Position numbers and translations under genes: made by a program. DNA of 59,545 bases from Acanthaster planci (lineage: Eukaryota), in NCBI RefSeq assembly GCF_001949145.1, contig NW_019091360.1:211396-270940 (forward strand), written 5' to 3'. The notes under the pieces were generated by a model, which had not been told where the DNA came from, made no database searches, and was given only the letters and a program-made list of their open reading frames with translations. Within the stretch, counting starts at the first letter, position 1; the number at the start of each line of letters is the position of its first letter. Of this stretch, positions 36,701-50,834 are shown piece by piece.

Positions 36701-38447
36701 GCAATGGGAACAGAGTAATAGGCATCCTGTAGGTCAAGTGAGGCCATATAGCAATGTGGGGTCACTAGATTTCTGGCAACATCAAAGGTATCCATTTTAA
36801 AGTGTCTGTATACAGTACACTGATTTAGTTCCGATAAATCCAGTATCATCCTGTGGCCACCATCTTTCTTTGACCGAGTGAAAATGTTTGATATGAACTG
36901 GCCATGTTCTGTATTTCGGTATCAACTGACGATGCCTCACCAACATTCAATTTGTAGGGTCGTGGTGGGCTACTTTGAGGAAGTAGTCCCTCCAGCTCAT
37001 CAACAAATTCCAATTTGTATCCAGATACCGCTTGTAATATAGTTTGGTCCGATGTTAATTTTTCCCACTCACTGGTATGTGACCTCAATCGACCCCCAAC
37101 TGTCATGACTGAGTCTACCACATGTATGGGGCTTGCAAGATTTGGACCACAATAATTAGGGCTGAGAGGCACGTGAGGAGACTCACCCACCTGTTCTGCA
37201 TTGCTGTGTGGCTCATCTTGGCCTATTCTGTGGCAGGAGCGGGGGACAGTTTGGAAAATTCCTGTCTCTGCAGACTGGGCCTGGTCTTCACCTGGTTTTG
37301 CCGCTGTATGCTTGGTTTCCCTTTGAAATTTGAGCTGTGGCCTACCCCTAAAAAAGGATTTGAACTGCTTCTCCATCCCACCAATGCAGTTTGGAGTTGA
37401 AATCTGTTAGCAGTGGTCTTTGCATATGGCTGGTATCGGTTGCGACTTTGTCCTGGCCTCGCATGTTTCAACACACCAAATGTAGCCTTTTGTTCATCCT
37501 GAAGTTCTTTGATTTGTTTCCCCAGTTCATCGCCAAACAGTTGAGATGTAACCTTATTCGACGGTCTGCACAGATGTGCATAACAGGGATTCAGGTCAGG
37601 TTTAATTAGTTCTCTCCTGAGGCAGTTAAGTTCAAGGTTGGCTGTAGCCAGAAGCAGAGAGGCATGTGTTTGCTCTACTGAGCATGGTCCCTTACAAGCT
37701 CTTGCAAGGGTGGCGATACCTTTTATCAGGGGTTTCTGGACCCGCTGAAGTTTGAAATCACATGATCTTAAGTGGACATTGATGTTCTCCCAGATTTGGG
37801 GGTTGACCTTGGGCACTACAAGAGCCTCACAATTTTTGGGGTGCTTGTAAGTTTGGACTGTGTCCTGAATGCACTTTTCCTCAAGTTTCTCGACCAAGGC
37901 AAAGTTAAGGCTACTAGCCACATCATGTTGGATCGGATCTCCAATTTCTGCATCCACAGCAAAACTTGCAGCGAAGCCTTTGTCATGTTTGTCAGGATTC
38001 TTTGCTCCGCCAGCATGTCCAGCAGGATGAGTCGCTTGTTCATGTTAGCAAGTGGTGCTGGGACTTGACAAGGTACTATAACCATCGTAGTCATCATCAG
38101 CTGTAGCCAAATCCTGAGAATCTGTATTCTCAAAATCCATATCAGTGCGGTCCTCAGTGGGAAGAGTGCTTGCGTCATTCGCAAGGACCGCACGACCTGT
38201 TAAGGCCGCTATAATTGTCTGTCTGAATTTTTCGTTGTCGGTTGCCTCTTTCTCAACCAGCTTTTCAAGCTGAGTAATCGCAATCACACCATCGGCTGCA
38301 GTCCCCTTTGTGTTTGGGAGTGAAGTGGTCTTGGCATTCAAGGCCTGTTTTAGCCTTGCCTGTCGACAGGGTCGATGTGGATTTGGGCACAGTGGTTACC
38401 ACTTTCGATGCCTTGTCCAGTTTCTGGACAGTAACTTCTCGCTTCCG
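33450..38447 (-). mobile_element. DIRS1-type YR retrotransposon, 5'-truncated and decayed
   Basis: gag (PKNCEALVVPKVNPQIW, LFGDEL), RT (MILDLSELN, HFKMDT, LDLQDAYYSVPI, YIDD-like), RNase H (NYLELLAAF, LDNTTAVAYIN), methyltransferase-like (DLIASRLN, WKPDP, PKWPTQPWF), YR (KQSRPG, PHSTWAAS, AGWS..TFQKY), plus a 3' inverted-repeat structure. Confidence 0.92.
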
Positions 38448-40165
38448 TTAAGAACTTTGGGAACTCTTGGATAGATGTTTGAATAAGAGAAATCCTGATG
38501 TGGTGATGTCTCAAATGAAGGAATGCCCTTTTCTGAAGTAAAAAAGAAAATGCAAAAAAGCCCTTTGCTCTGTCCTTGAGACAGACAAAACCTCTAGTTT
38601 TTTCTTCCTTCTTCCTCCTCTTCTGACCAAAAGCCCATTTGTTTTGTGCACGTTTCTTCCACCATCACTTTGGTCCTTTTGCAATTTCGGACCTTCATTA
38701 AACTTACATCATTGAAGGACCTTCCTTGAAAGATGTGCCTAGATGTCATGATGATGTCATCAAATGATTTTTTATTGAATTTTTAATATTTATTTCAGCC
38801 CATTGACTTTGTACACGTTTTCAAGGCTTCGTTTTGGTAACTTGACTATCTTTGATCCTCATCAAAGTTATACCAAACACAGACCTGAAGGCAAAGATAA
38901 TACTACAATAATTACATCGTGATGATTTCACCAAGTTATTTATTATTGATTTTTACATATTTAGTTTAGCCCATTGACTTTGTACATGTACACGTTTTCA
39001 AGGCACAATTTTGGTTACTTAGAGATCGATCTTCATTTGTCATAAAAGTTACAGCTGGCAAAGACCCTGATGCAAATTAAAGCTTAATTTATTATGTCAT
39101 GATGACGTTATCGCCTTATTTTATACTGATTTTTAAATATTTGATTTTTCCCCTTAGGTTTTTTTACACGTTTCTCTACTTAACACTAGTGAACGAGTAG
39201 TCCCTTACTTCGGCTCAAGATTACTATAGGAACGAAAGAGAAATCAGGTACTTTAGAGTTTGTTATTTGATTTGAAATATGCCTAGGAGTGCGAATATGA
39301 AATAATATTTCATAAACTTGTTCAGTTTAAGTGCAAATCCTGTGACATGAACTTAAAGGAGCGGTGTCTCTGCAAATGAGGTTATGGCCCATTGACCTTG
39401 TACACGTTTTCGAGCTACATTTTTGGTAACTTTTGCAATATTGGATCATTGACAAAGTGATAGCGAACAATGACCCTGATGCAAGATTTATTGAGAATGA
39501 ATGTTGTCACGATGACATCATCAGCTTATTTTATACTGATTTTTGAATATTTTATTTCCCCCATAAGTTTTGTGAATTTTTTTGACTTGGCATGAACTTC
39601 AAAGCCTTTTACCTCGAAAAGGACATGTCCTATCTCGTTGAAATTTTGCAGATAACTAGAAAGGAAAGTGTTACAGACGAATGTTGACCTGCTGTGCTGA
39701 TTACATCATCAGGAGACAAATAACGTGACACTAAAGGTGCACTCTTTAAGGCCCTATATCTCCCGAAGTGGATGTCAGATCGGGTTCAAATCTCCTATAT
39801 ATCTTGAAAAGGGAGTGCTTTAGAGGAATATTGACCTTATGTGATGATGACGTCATCACATTAAATGTGCACTCTTTGAGGCCCTTTATCTCTCAAAGTG
39901 CATGTTCGATCAGGTTCAAGTCTTGCAGATATCTTGAAAAAGGGTGCTTTAGAGGAATGTTGACCTTTTCTACAGAAGTTTTGGCCCCAAGACGAAATAA
40001 ATGTATCAGGCCACTAGTGGGAAACCCCCGCACGTTTCTAGGTCTTTCCATCAGAAGTCTCCATAGACTTCGCGGCTTGACATTTTGGCACCATTTTTGT
40101 CCTAAAACGAAATGTTGTTGCTCCTGCATTTTGTTGATTGGCATTCCGGGTGAGACATTTGAGAG
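38448..40165 (+). mobile_element. Helitron-like composite repeat: 3' end of one unit (hairpin plus CTAG 38594-38597) followed head-to-tail by another
   Basis: 38617-39140 aligns with 3975-4510, and 39180-39560 with 4700-5100. ~147-bp units at 39600-39970. Confidence 0.65.
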
Positions 40166-43100
40166 CACCACCAATTCTTATTAAAATTAATCTGCCCATC
40201 CCAGTTTAACAAGAGGAGAGAAAAGACAAGGGAGAAAGAAAAATAGGGGGCGCCTTTCTTTTGGGGGAAGTTGTTCAGCCCCAGAGAGCCACTGCCGGCA
40301 TTTACATGTAAAAAAGAAAGGTAAAGTTAAAATAAGACTGATGCCACGCTTCTTTAAATCATTCTTCGACAGGGATAAGTTCCCCCTCCCAGGTGCATTG
40401 TATGATCCACCCCTGCCCACTTATCAAAAGGATATAGTAAAGTTCACCACAACCAAAGTTTAAACTGACTTTTGAATTTAATAGTAGGGCTACTGCTGCT
40501 GTGAGACGAGAAAACTTTGAGATACAATTGAAATTTAAACATGTTTTATTCCAGTCCATTTTCAATAAAGTGAACAATTTTACAGTTAAATGCGGTGACC
40601 TTATTAAATGAGAATTACATGACAAAGTATCCCATATATTAGTCATGCAACAGCCGTCGGTACAGCGAATAATCCAAATTGAAATGTCCGCCATCTTAAT
40701 TCACCCATTGGCAAGAAAATGTGGAATTTGTCATAAATGTTAGGGCTTTGTACATTTGTGGCTCCAGATCAGACCTTTCTCATATTGGGAAGTGGATAGT
40801 TTTCTAGATCCAAAAGTCTGATTTCTTTTAAAAACAGATCAGTTTTTGTTCTGTTTTGCCGCTGTAGTCTCAACCATTCTGCATGGCTGTTTGCCATTAA
40901 TCAAGACATCCATGAGCAAAAACTTTAGTGACATCTTTGAAGAATTTCAGTCATTTCTTAAATTAAGTATTTTCTGATTTAGGTCTAGGTGACTTAATAA
41001 AAGTTTGATATTACCGGTTTTGTACATGTACATGTACTTGCAAAATGTGTTCTTGTAATATATATGAAGCATTCTTGTAAGAAGTTCCTTTTATACTCAA
41101 GCGATAGAAATAATTCCTGTTATGTTATTCATGTTACCAATATACCACTGTATACATCGGTTATTGTTATTTCAAAGAATACTGAATTATGGTTTAAAGA
41201 TTAAAGACCTTGGAGTACGTCTGTCGTCGGTGTATGATGGAAAATTACCGACTAATGTACTGCTGTTCAGTTTACAACACAACTTGGCTGATAATTCATG
41301 TCATTTGTCAATTGTTATGATTAAAATGTTGATCTGTTAGAAGGCATAAAATCCTTCAACTCTGAATAACTGCCTCGCTCTAAATTCCAGTATGTCGCTA
41401 GTTTCCTTTTACACAGGACTCTATATTATGCCTACTCCAATACAGTCTTTTATCAGGGTCCAAGACAGTTGTGCTATGCCTGTCAAAAATAGGGTCGGTA
41501 GGTCAGAATTTCTTTTGTTAACTTTGGGGGACAATTTTGTGTGCTGATTGAATGGCATCTATAGAGAGACAGCTTGCAAAGTTATCTCAAGAAGTAATTA
41601 ACACCTGTCTTAATCTATGTAAAAATTTCTACATTCGGCAATTCACAAGAAAAATATAGAAAATTCACACAGTGCTACTCAGGCGACCATTGTGCCACGA
41701 GCAGAACAACCTTAAACTCATGAATGCAGAAAATACATACATAAATAAGAGGCCAAGTTCAGTGAATTAACTTGCATAAAACCTCTTATACCATCGATGT
41801 CTTTTCGACCTGCGCCCTTTAGGGCTTCATCCGTGACGTCTACAGCCAATGCAGAGTGGACTAGTACAGTACATGTACATTCAGGACATTTACATGTATA
41901 CTACAGACTGGTTCTGGTTCCTACATTTCTATCAAGCATTCTGTTGCATGGGCGTGGTGGGAACCAGAGCACGTCCGTTTTATGTATTGAGCTTTGCATG
42001 CAGCGCGATCTCACCGCTGCAACAGCGAAACATGAATCAGAACTCGTGAAAATAACTTTTTTTTTCAAACATGGCAAATGTAAGAAAGGCATATAAAAAC
42101 AAGCATTTTAATGTGAGCACAGATTATTGAAAGATGTTAGTGAAGACATAAAAGACATCAGATTTCAACTGGCCCACCGGACCACCAGTTTTATTAGATC
42201 AGCGGACCACCAAGTTTGACCACTGAAAAGTGTCCTTTATACTGGAAGGGAACTGTACTGGTCTGGTCAGGCCCCCAGAAAGCCCAGCTTTATTGATTGG
42301 CATTCCTTTCTTCATGCCCGAGAATGATTCTGTTGGTTCCTCAAAGGAATTCCATATGTTAACTCCCCTAACAAAGAGCCAAGATAATAAGCTACGATTG
42401 GCTGAGCCGAGGTGGGGCTAGGACGGCTAGAAACCTAGCGTTAGGGACGGGATCAAAGATATAGAGACCGTTCGCACGTGTTCCCTTTCATTCTACACGC
42501 CCTACCGTTCACCCCCATTCCAAAGAGCACTTCAAAACGTGTTCCTGCCCGTTCCCTTGCATGAGTGATTCAGAGAGTATCGTTATGTTTATTGGCCGTT
42601 CCTGTGCATGCGAGAATGGCAGAGTCACAACAAAAATGCAAAGAACATGCATACAAGCTGTTCTTGAGCTTTGGCCGAGTATTAAAGTGTCAACAGTGTT
42701 TGGTCCGATAAGATTTTTGTTTTCTTCCCTCTTATAAATTCTCATTCTGTCCCTTTGATCTACTGACTCCCCACATTTTATACATTCTTAATAAAAACCC
42801 TTGTGGTCAAGGTTTGGATTAAAAATGTTGAGGAGGAAAGAAATAATATATTTTGATGGGTTGGGTGATTGGAATAAGGAAAAAAATGTGAACAAGTACA
42901 GGAAAAACAAATAAAGACTGCGTCTTTGTTTGGACAGAAAAAAATGCCAAGGAGGAAAGAATGAATATATTTGATGGGTTGGGATGGATGCTCCAAAAAA
43001 AATGCAGTCAGGGTTTCCCCTTAGTGGTCGCCCACTAGCCAAATGCGAGTGGAAACAGTTGCGGGCGAGTCAAAACACTTCCCTCAGTTGTCCGGCGGGC

Positions 43101-45619
43101 GAGTTAAAATATGTACACGTTCTTTGTTTTTCTGATGTGATTAAAGAACATAAAACAAAGTCTTGATTTCAAAGCCTTACCTTTTGTCTGTCATGAATGT
43201 AACATTATTTTATTGGAATCAAATAAACCCCAAAGTCGCTTCTGACTCGCACCTGGAGTCCCACATTGTGTGCTGGAACAACGAGTACATTGTACCTAGT
43301 ACCTATCATCAACGCATCAACAATAGTTTCTCCAGTAGTCAGTGACCTCTATACATAACCAATATAATTAACATACAATTCGTACTGGGAACCAGATACC
43401 AAAAACCGATACTGCGTCCATAGACTGGTGCAATCCGGTTCGTAAGTGACTTCGTTGTACCACTTATAGCAAGCCCCTCATTGGACAATCATGCCGGATG
43501 AGTGAGTACGGAACAGGAACCAGTCTACCTACAAACCGCTATCACCCCACGTGATAGTGGTCGATAGAAACATCTTAAGTCAAGACTTGGGGGCAGATTC
43601 ATTGATCATAAATCCTCAGCCAATTACCAAGTTGATTCTTAGCAAGTAAAGCAGCCATTGTTAGGATACGGTACACTTGCGCAGTCTCAGAGTTATGCCA
43701 CTGTTGCCAAGAAAGAGTATCACCATGGGAAATCCTGGGCCCCTTCAAGCCTCTGCCAGGACTTTACCTGGCCGCTAGCCAGACTTTGTTGTACAGCCTT
43801 GGATGAATTAAATAATGTTCCTTCACCTCTTTCTCTTGACATTAAATTATGAAAAATAGCATTTTCCAGGCCTAAAATTTATAAACAAGTTCTTCCACAA
43901 AACTTATTCCCCTTTTTGGAAGGAAAAATATTCTGCTGAACAGCCCAAATGAATATATTTCTTATAATTACACAGTGATAAACTGCAACAACTTCTCCTC
44001 CGTTCTCTCTTTATTTTCTTAGAAAGTCATATGTTGTCAATAACAGCACACCGGCATACACCTGGACAACCACAAATGCATTGTTCTTGAGCTAAATATT
44101 ATACATGCATTAAAAACTCACTTGTTGGGCGGAAACAGAGCTGACATGCGGCGGCTTTTATTTTTTTTGGTTTTGGCCAAATGGTTAAATGGCAAATTGA
44201 ACAGTCGCTAAACGTTCAGCAAATTCTGATTCTTCAAACCTGTGAAGCACAAGTATTGTTGGATTGGTTTTTTAAATGTGCAAAGGCAGGAATATTCTTT
44301 TTGCTTGAGGTGCTTAAAGGTAAAGATTAAAAGTCTTTAAAAAGAGCAGCAAGTTGGGGGCTGAAATGTTTTTGCCTAGATCTCAATGACAAAACTCTGA
44401 AATGGTAGAATAAATTTGTGAAGGCAATAATACTCTCTGATAGGGAGGGATACAACCTGGAATGAAAATAATGCGATTGGTAGGGTTCAAAATCCTTCCC
44501 CTAAGTCTAGTGTGAAGAGTGCTGACATCGTAAGTACTAATATTTTTTCTTCAAGTTCAGTATTGGCAGACTCCACATACCGAAAGAAAATGGCGCGAAT
44601 GATCCGCAAACCTCAAAGGCTGGAAAGATGTTTCTACTCAATAACAAACACCTTCTCTAAAACTTTATACAATGTATATCTTTTGTTGATAAGAAGCAAA
44701 GTATTACTTTGTGGAATGCAGTGCTTAAGTGCTCTACTTCAGAGAATTAAAAAGAAATGTCTTAAGCAAAAGAGTGGCCCAACATTTAATTGTCCCCGTT
44801 GTTCGCTGTTCGCAAATCCATGGACGGTTGTTCGAACACCATTCTAGTTTTGGGGACTTCACAATTTCTTCGCATAGGTTTTGTGCCACCAGGGAGGCCA
44901 GAACATCTTGCTGTGTGCACAGACTGTGACAGGTCTTTTGTTGTAGAGGAACGCGAGGGAACGGGATGGTCGTTCTCACGCGTGCAATGTGAAGGTAGCT
45001 TGAACAAAAGAATGCATTCCTGGTATTCGCATGCATGCGAACGGTCTCTGTATTTTTTGATCCCGTCCCTTACTCACTTAAAAGAAAAGTCGACACAAAG
45101 CACTTCTGCAGCTTAATGATTCAACAAGAAAAAATATTTCCAGGACCTCTTCAATTTTAATCTAGGGCTTAAATCGCATCCACAATGCCCCTTATTGCTC
45201 CATGCTTCCAACACAATCGTTTCAATACCGTACATATCAATCAATCCAAGGCTGGCCATGCATGGATCGCACGGCATGCATCACACGCACATACCGCGGC
45301 ACGGCCAGCATGCATATTATGCATGACCTGTGACCAACAGCATCGTTTGCCCAGATCTAATATTAGTCTTTGTTTAAACTTATCTTTTATTATAACTTTG
45401 ATTATTTAAGAAAGAAAATAAATGAAAAAGCGCATATATATTTTTGTTTCGTCAATTTATTGCTTCTTACATTTTTTTAAACGTAATTTATTTTCTAATT
45501 TTTGTAGCTACAGATTAACCTTTGAGCTGAGCGAGTGCATCACGTCGCGTTCAATAATTAATTCCGATGTGAGCACTTCTGTTTATTCTTAAGCAAGTTA
45601 GTTCTGAAATCGAAGCAAT

Positions 45620-47541
45620 CAAGATGCATGATCAGAATATGAGTTGTCATGCTATCATCGACAATCTGAACATTGGGGTAAAACCAATGCGGTAAAACTT
45701 AAGTTCAGAACATTGTCAAGAGGAAGAGTGAGTAGCTTGAAGAGTTCGAGGGGAATGCTCCTCTTGATCGCAAGAGGAAAATTTGCAAGATGGGTCATGA
45801 AGAGATCAATGCCTTGCTGTACGAGTATTTCAAGGATTGCACTGCAAGAATGTTCCCCGTGTCCAGACCTCTCCTTCAGGAAAAGGCACTGGCAATCGCA
45901 GAGGAGTTGGGGTTTCTGACTTCAAGGCATCAAATGGCTGGTTGGAGTCTTTCAAGAAGCGCCACAACATTGTCTACGGGAAGATGAGTGGTGAGAAAGG
46001 CGGCGTAGACAGCAACACTGTTGAGGATTGGATGAAGAAAGTTCCGGGACTTACTTCTGGTTATGACCTCCGGGACATCTACAACATGGATGAGACTGGC
46101 CTCCTCTTCAAAGCTTCCACTGATTCCACACATCACATCAAGGGGGTAGATTGCTCTGGTGGAAAATGATCGAAGGAGCGCAGCACAGTAATGCTGTGCG
46201 CTAACGCCCTCGAAGAGAAGGAACAACTGCTAGTCACTGGGAAGTCCATCAAGCCAAGGTGCTTCGGTAGACTTGAGAGCAGATCCTCCTGTGGATTACC
46301 ACGCCAACAAGAAAGCTTGGATGACAAGCAATGTCTTTGAGCTGTACATGAGAAAGCTTGACAAGAAGATGGGACAAGACAAGAGAAAAATCATCATGTT
46401 GCTGGACAATGGCCATGAGCCATCCACACCTGCAGCTGAAGAACATCAAGCTGATTTTTCTCCCCCCGAACACCACGTCAGTGACACAACCAATGGACCA
46501 GGGCATCATTCAAGCACTGAAACTGAAATTCTGGAAGAAGCAACTGAGAAGTATCCTGCAGAAAATGGAAGGAGACAAAGAAATGACCAGTCCTGAACTG
46601 ATGAAGGAAACAGATGTCTTGCACACCATCTATTGGGTAGACCAATCATGGAAAAATGTTGATGCCTTGACAATCCAGAAATATTTCAAGCGATGTAGAG
46701 TTGGAGAAGATGTACCATCTGAAGATGAGGAGACCACAGCAACCAAAGATGAGGCACTGGAGTCTGCCTGTCATCAGACTTTGGACATTTCCCTTCAGGA
46801 ACTGGTTGACACTGATGCAGAACTGCCAACCTCAGATGATGATCCAGCCTCCTCCATGAGTGATGTGCAGAAGCGCCTTCACGAGAATGCAGAAGACCCT
46901 GACAGCGATGCAGATGAAGACAAAGAACAAGCTCCCTCCACAAGCATCAAGAACTACGAACAGTTTGCCGCCCTTCTGAATGACATGAAGGCATTTGCAG
47001 TCTTGAAAGGGTCTAGTTCTCTTGTCAATGCCTGCATGGACACGGAGAAGGTCGCAGCAGAGAGCCTACAAAATTGCAAAGTTGTAAGCCAGTTTGAAAA
47101 AGAAGCCACCCCCCCAAAAAAAGGAAAAAAAAAACAAAAAAACAAAAACTGAACCTGTTCTACCCGTACTGGGCCGCATCAAACCCAACAGCTTTTTCAC
47201 TATGTGAGAAACGTCCCCGTCGTGCTGGAAATGCACTTCTGCCTAGCTAATTCTCACAAGCTGAACCTCCTAAATCCCTTAAAATATTATATTTTATATG
47301 ATGTGCAAATATTAACACACCCTTACATAAATGGAAACAGAACCACATGTACACAGACATAACATAACAATGGTTGCTGAGGCAGGTTTATCTGAATACA
47401 TTAACACTTGTATTCTAAACCCCGTGTTGAGGCAAGGTTGGGCAAATACATGTATAATCAACCTGTACAGAAGGACCACCTGTCCATAAAAGACCGCAAT
47501 TATTGTTTCCCTTGAGCGGTCTTTTTGTGCAGGTTTGACTG
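45620..47541 (+). mobile_element. Tigger/pogo DNA transposon with frameshifted transposase (CENP-B-type HTH plus DDE)
   Basis: PLLQEKALAIA, FKASNGWLESFKKRHNI, IYNMDETGL, KKAWMT, LLDN, FLPPNTTSVTQPMDQGII. Right end CAGGTTTGACTG|TA at 47541; left TIR not found. Confidence 0.9.
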
Positions 47542-47544
47542 TAC

Positions 47545-48125
47545 GTATCTGATTCGGATGAAACTTTGTGTATGGCTGGAAAGGGAAGGGTTCTAGACCA
47601 AAATTGATCTGATGTGATTCTGACCTCATCCGGTGACAGGTCTTGTGACATTAAAGGTGCACTCTTTAAAGCACTATACATGTACATTTTGTGGAAGTAC
47701 ATGTCCAATTGGGTTGAAACTTTGTATACAGCTGGCCAGGGAAGGGTTTTAGACCCAAATTAACCTGATGTGATGATGATGTCATCAATTGACAAGTCAC
47801 TTGACATTAAAGGGGCACCCTTCAAAGCTCCATATTTTATGAGATACATGTCCAATCAAGTTGAAACCTTGCAGATATCCAGAAAGGGAAGTGTAGACAG
47901 AAAATGACCTGATGTTATGATGATCTGTGACAGGTCACATGACATTAAGGGTGACTATCAAAAGCACTGTATCTCTTGAAGTGCATGTCCAATTTGGTTG
48001 TAACTTAACAGAAAGCTAGAAAAGGACTTGTTACAGACAAAAAATAAACTTATGTGATGATGTCCTCAGATGATAATTAAATCCTGTTGACGTTATCATG
48101 GGTGATGTGACATGATTAAAGATGT
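47545..48125 (+). repeat. Helitron-like family ~147-bp subunits (about 4 copies)
   Basis: Repeated TGACATTAAAGGTGCAC...TACATGTCCAATTGGGTTGAAAC...TGACCTGATGTGATGATG. Confidence 0.7.
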
Positions 48126-49300
48126 GGATCATTTTCTTTGGTTTTGTACACAATTTTTGTTCGATCATTGACTTCAGTTTGGTACTTTGATGAAACGTTT
48201 ATATAATATGAATCTTTGACATGAACAAAGACTGTTCATGTGAAAGCCAAAACAGTGCATTTGTCTGCTGACAAACATATCTCTAGTTGTTATTTTAATT
48301 TAGTTACAATGAATGCACAAAAGGTTTACTCGAGTGTATCCCACTGATGCAAAACTCTTGTCCTTTGAAGACACATTAACGTATAACTGCTATTCTAAAA
48401 CAGGCCCTCATTACTTTTTTTGGTGCGCATGATGTCTTGCTATTAAACCTCAAGTAGAATGCCCTCATGGATGGCAGCTTTGCAAAGTTTCAGTTCGGAC
48501 AGGGTACATAAATGTGGTTTTTAATGCAACAGCCTCAGCTCATTCAATAGTGTTATGGGATTATAAAATTTAAAAAGTTTCAGAGATTTCTGTCACACTG
48601 TGCCGATTTTTTAATGTCATTGAAAAGGAAAGGCCTTCCCTCTAAAGTAACTGAGTGTCAGGTCACAGATGAGTAATTGCGTATTTATCTTCCAGCCTTT
48701 CAATTCAACCTTGGAATTGAAATAATTCCTTTTTCCAGGTTATGTATAAATTCAGTATACTATTGTGCACTGAAACATTGTAAGCAGTCAGAACAAATTT
48801 TGTTATCAAAATTAATCATTTAAGGATCTTGTACAGGTATAAGTCCGTTGTAATTTCAAATATGGAATAACAACGAGCCAATTTGGAATTTAAAAAAGCT
48901 AAGATCGTGTGCGAGTCAGCGTATGGCTGTGCTGATAGAACAGACTATCGCATGCGTGTGTAGCTGTTCCCGAATAGTCTTGCACAGGGCATGCACTGTT
49001 GGAATACCAGAGTGGCTCATTACATTTGTATTGTGCCCACAGAAATTGTGAGGTAACATTCAGTGTATCTTCCAAGGAAAGCAAATTGTTCAAGAAGGTA
49101 CAGAAATATATAATAGAAGTTTACAACTTAAAAATGTCCCACAACCAAATTTCTATGTGCATGTGATTTGAATGGGTCCTGACACTGTGAAAAAGTCAAA
49201 TATTGATAATGGATTTGTATTTTCAAGATGTATTTTTGCGTTGGGGAGATGTTAATTATATATAACGGTTTGCCCGTACCGAACGTATATTAATAAGCAC

Positions 49301-50079
49301 NNNNNNNNNNNNNNNNNNNNNNNNNNNNNNNNNNNNNNNNNNNNNNNNNNNNNNNNNNNNNNNNNNNNNNNNNNNNNNNNNNNNNNNNNNNNNNNNNNNN
49401 NNNNNNNNNNNNNNNNNNNNNNNNNNNNNNNNNNNNNNNNNNNNNNNNNNNNNNNNNNNNNNNNNNNNNNNNNNNNNNNNNNNNNNNNNNNNNNNNNNNN
49501 NNNNNNNNNNNNNNNNNNNNNNNNNNNNNNNNNNNNNNNNNNNNNNNNNNNNNNNNNNNNNNNNNNNNNNNNNNNNNNNNNNNNNNNNNNNNNNNNNNNN
49601 NNNNNNNNNNNNNNNNNNNNNNNNNNNNNNNNNNNNNNNNNNNNNNNNNNNNNNNNNNNNNNNNNNNNNNNNNNNNNNNNNNNNNNNNNNNNNNNNNNNN
49701 NNNNNNNNNNNNNNNNNNNNNNNNNNNNNNNNNNNNNNNNNNNNNNNNNNNNNNNNNNNNNNNNNNNNNNNNNNNNNNNNNNNNNNNNNNNNNNNNNNNN
49801 NNNNNNNNNNNNNNNNNNNNNNNNNNNNNNNNNNNNNNNNNNNNNNNNNNNNNNNNNNNNNNNNNNNNNNNNNNNNNNNNNNNNNNNNNNNNNNNNNNNN
49901 NNNNNNNNNNNNNNNNNNNNNNNNNNNNNNNNNNNNNNNNNNNNNNNNNNNNNNNNNNNNNNNNNNNNNNNNNNNNNNNNNNNNNNNNNNNNNNNNNNNN
50001 NNNNNNNNNNNNNNNNNNNNNNNNNNNNNNNNNNNNNNNNNNNNNNNNNNNNNNNNNNNNNNNNNNNNNNNNNNNNNNN
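49301..50079. other. Assembly gap
   Basis: N run. Confidence 1.
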
Positions 50080-50634
50080 GTAATTGATTTGTATTTTGTC
50101 GAAAAAGTCTCATTTACTTTACTTTGAGGATTACTCTGATGCGGAAAATTTCAAGACTTGTCTCTGTTCTCAACACATTTAAAAAGCAAATGGAACACAT
50201 GCAAGTAAGCTACATGTATGGAAATCTCTATCAAATTGATATTTAGTAAAGAATAATCAAGAGGGCAAAAAGTCATCCATCCATGAAAGCAGCCATTTTT
50301 TACTAAACTTGAAGCCCAATATTATCCCTCTGCCATTTGTTTTGTGAACAAATCAATTTCCCATCGGTTTTGTATACACCTCGTCTGCTTTTTTTAGAAG
50401 TGAAAAGTTAATTAATAAATACTCATTAGTGTGCAACTTTCATCTCTGGCAAAATTTATATTCTTGTTCTATAAGAGCATAACAATATTTCTGAAAATTA
50501 TCAGGTAGCTTCTTGAGGGGGTCCCACAACTAGAAACAAATTGCCTACTTCCTGTTATGACATGCTGTTGAAATTAATTTTGAACCCTGACTGTCAAATT
50601 GGCCATAAGGTAAGTCTGAAATATTTATACTCAC

Positions 50635-50834
50635 CAATACCCTCCAATCTAAGAGTCTTCTTGTGTGACAAATCTTCCCCATATCGACATTCAGCTACTG
50701 TTTCATAAACCAAGGCAGACATCGGCTTGAATGTAGCCAGGATGGTACATTTGGCTTTAGGCGCAAGAGTTCCCTCAGATGGCTCAAGTACAAATGGCTG
50801 GGACACCAACCAAGCAAAACGGGTTGCTAATTCA
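50635..50834 (-). CDS. CFAP65: Internal coding exon of cilia- and flagella-associated protein 65
   Basis: tttatag|T GAA TTA...ATT G|gtgagt, 200 nt. ELATRFAWLVSQPFVLEPSEGTLAPKAKCTILATFKPMSALVYETVAECRYGEDLSHKKTLRLEGI resembles recalled CFAP65 (DLPTFFTWEFSSPF...VTFQPLTAVIYEVQATCWYG). Confidence 0.85.
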
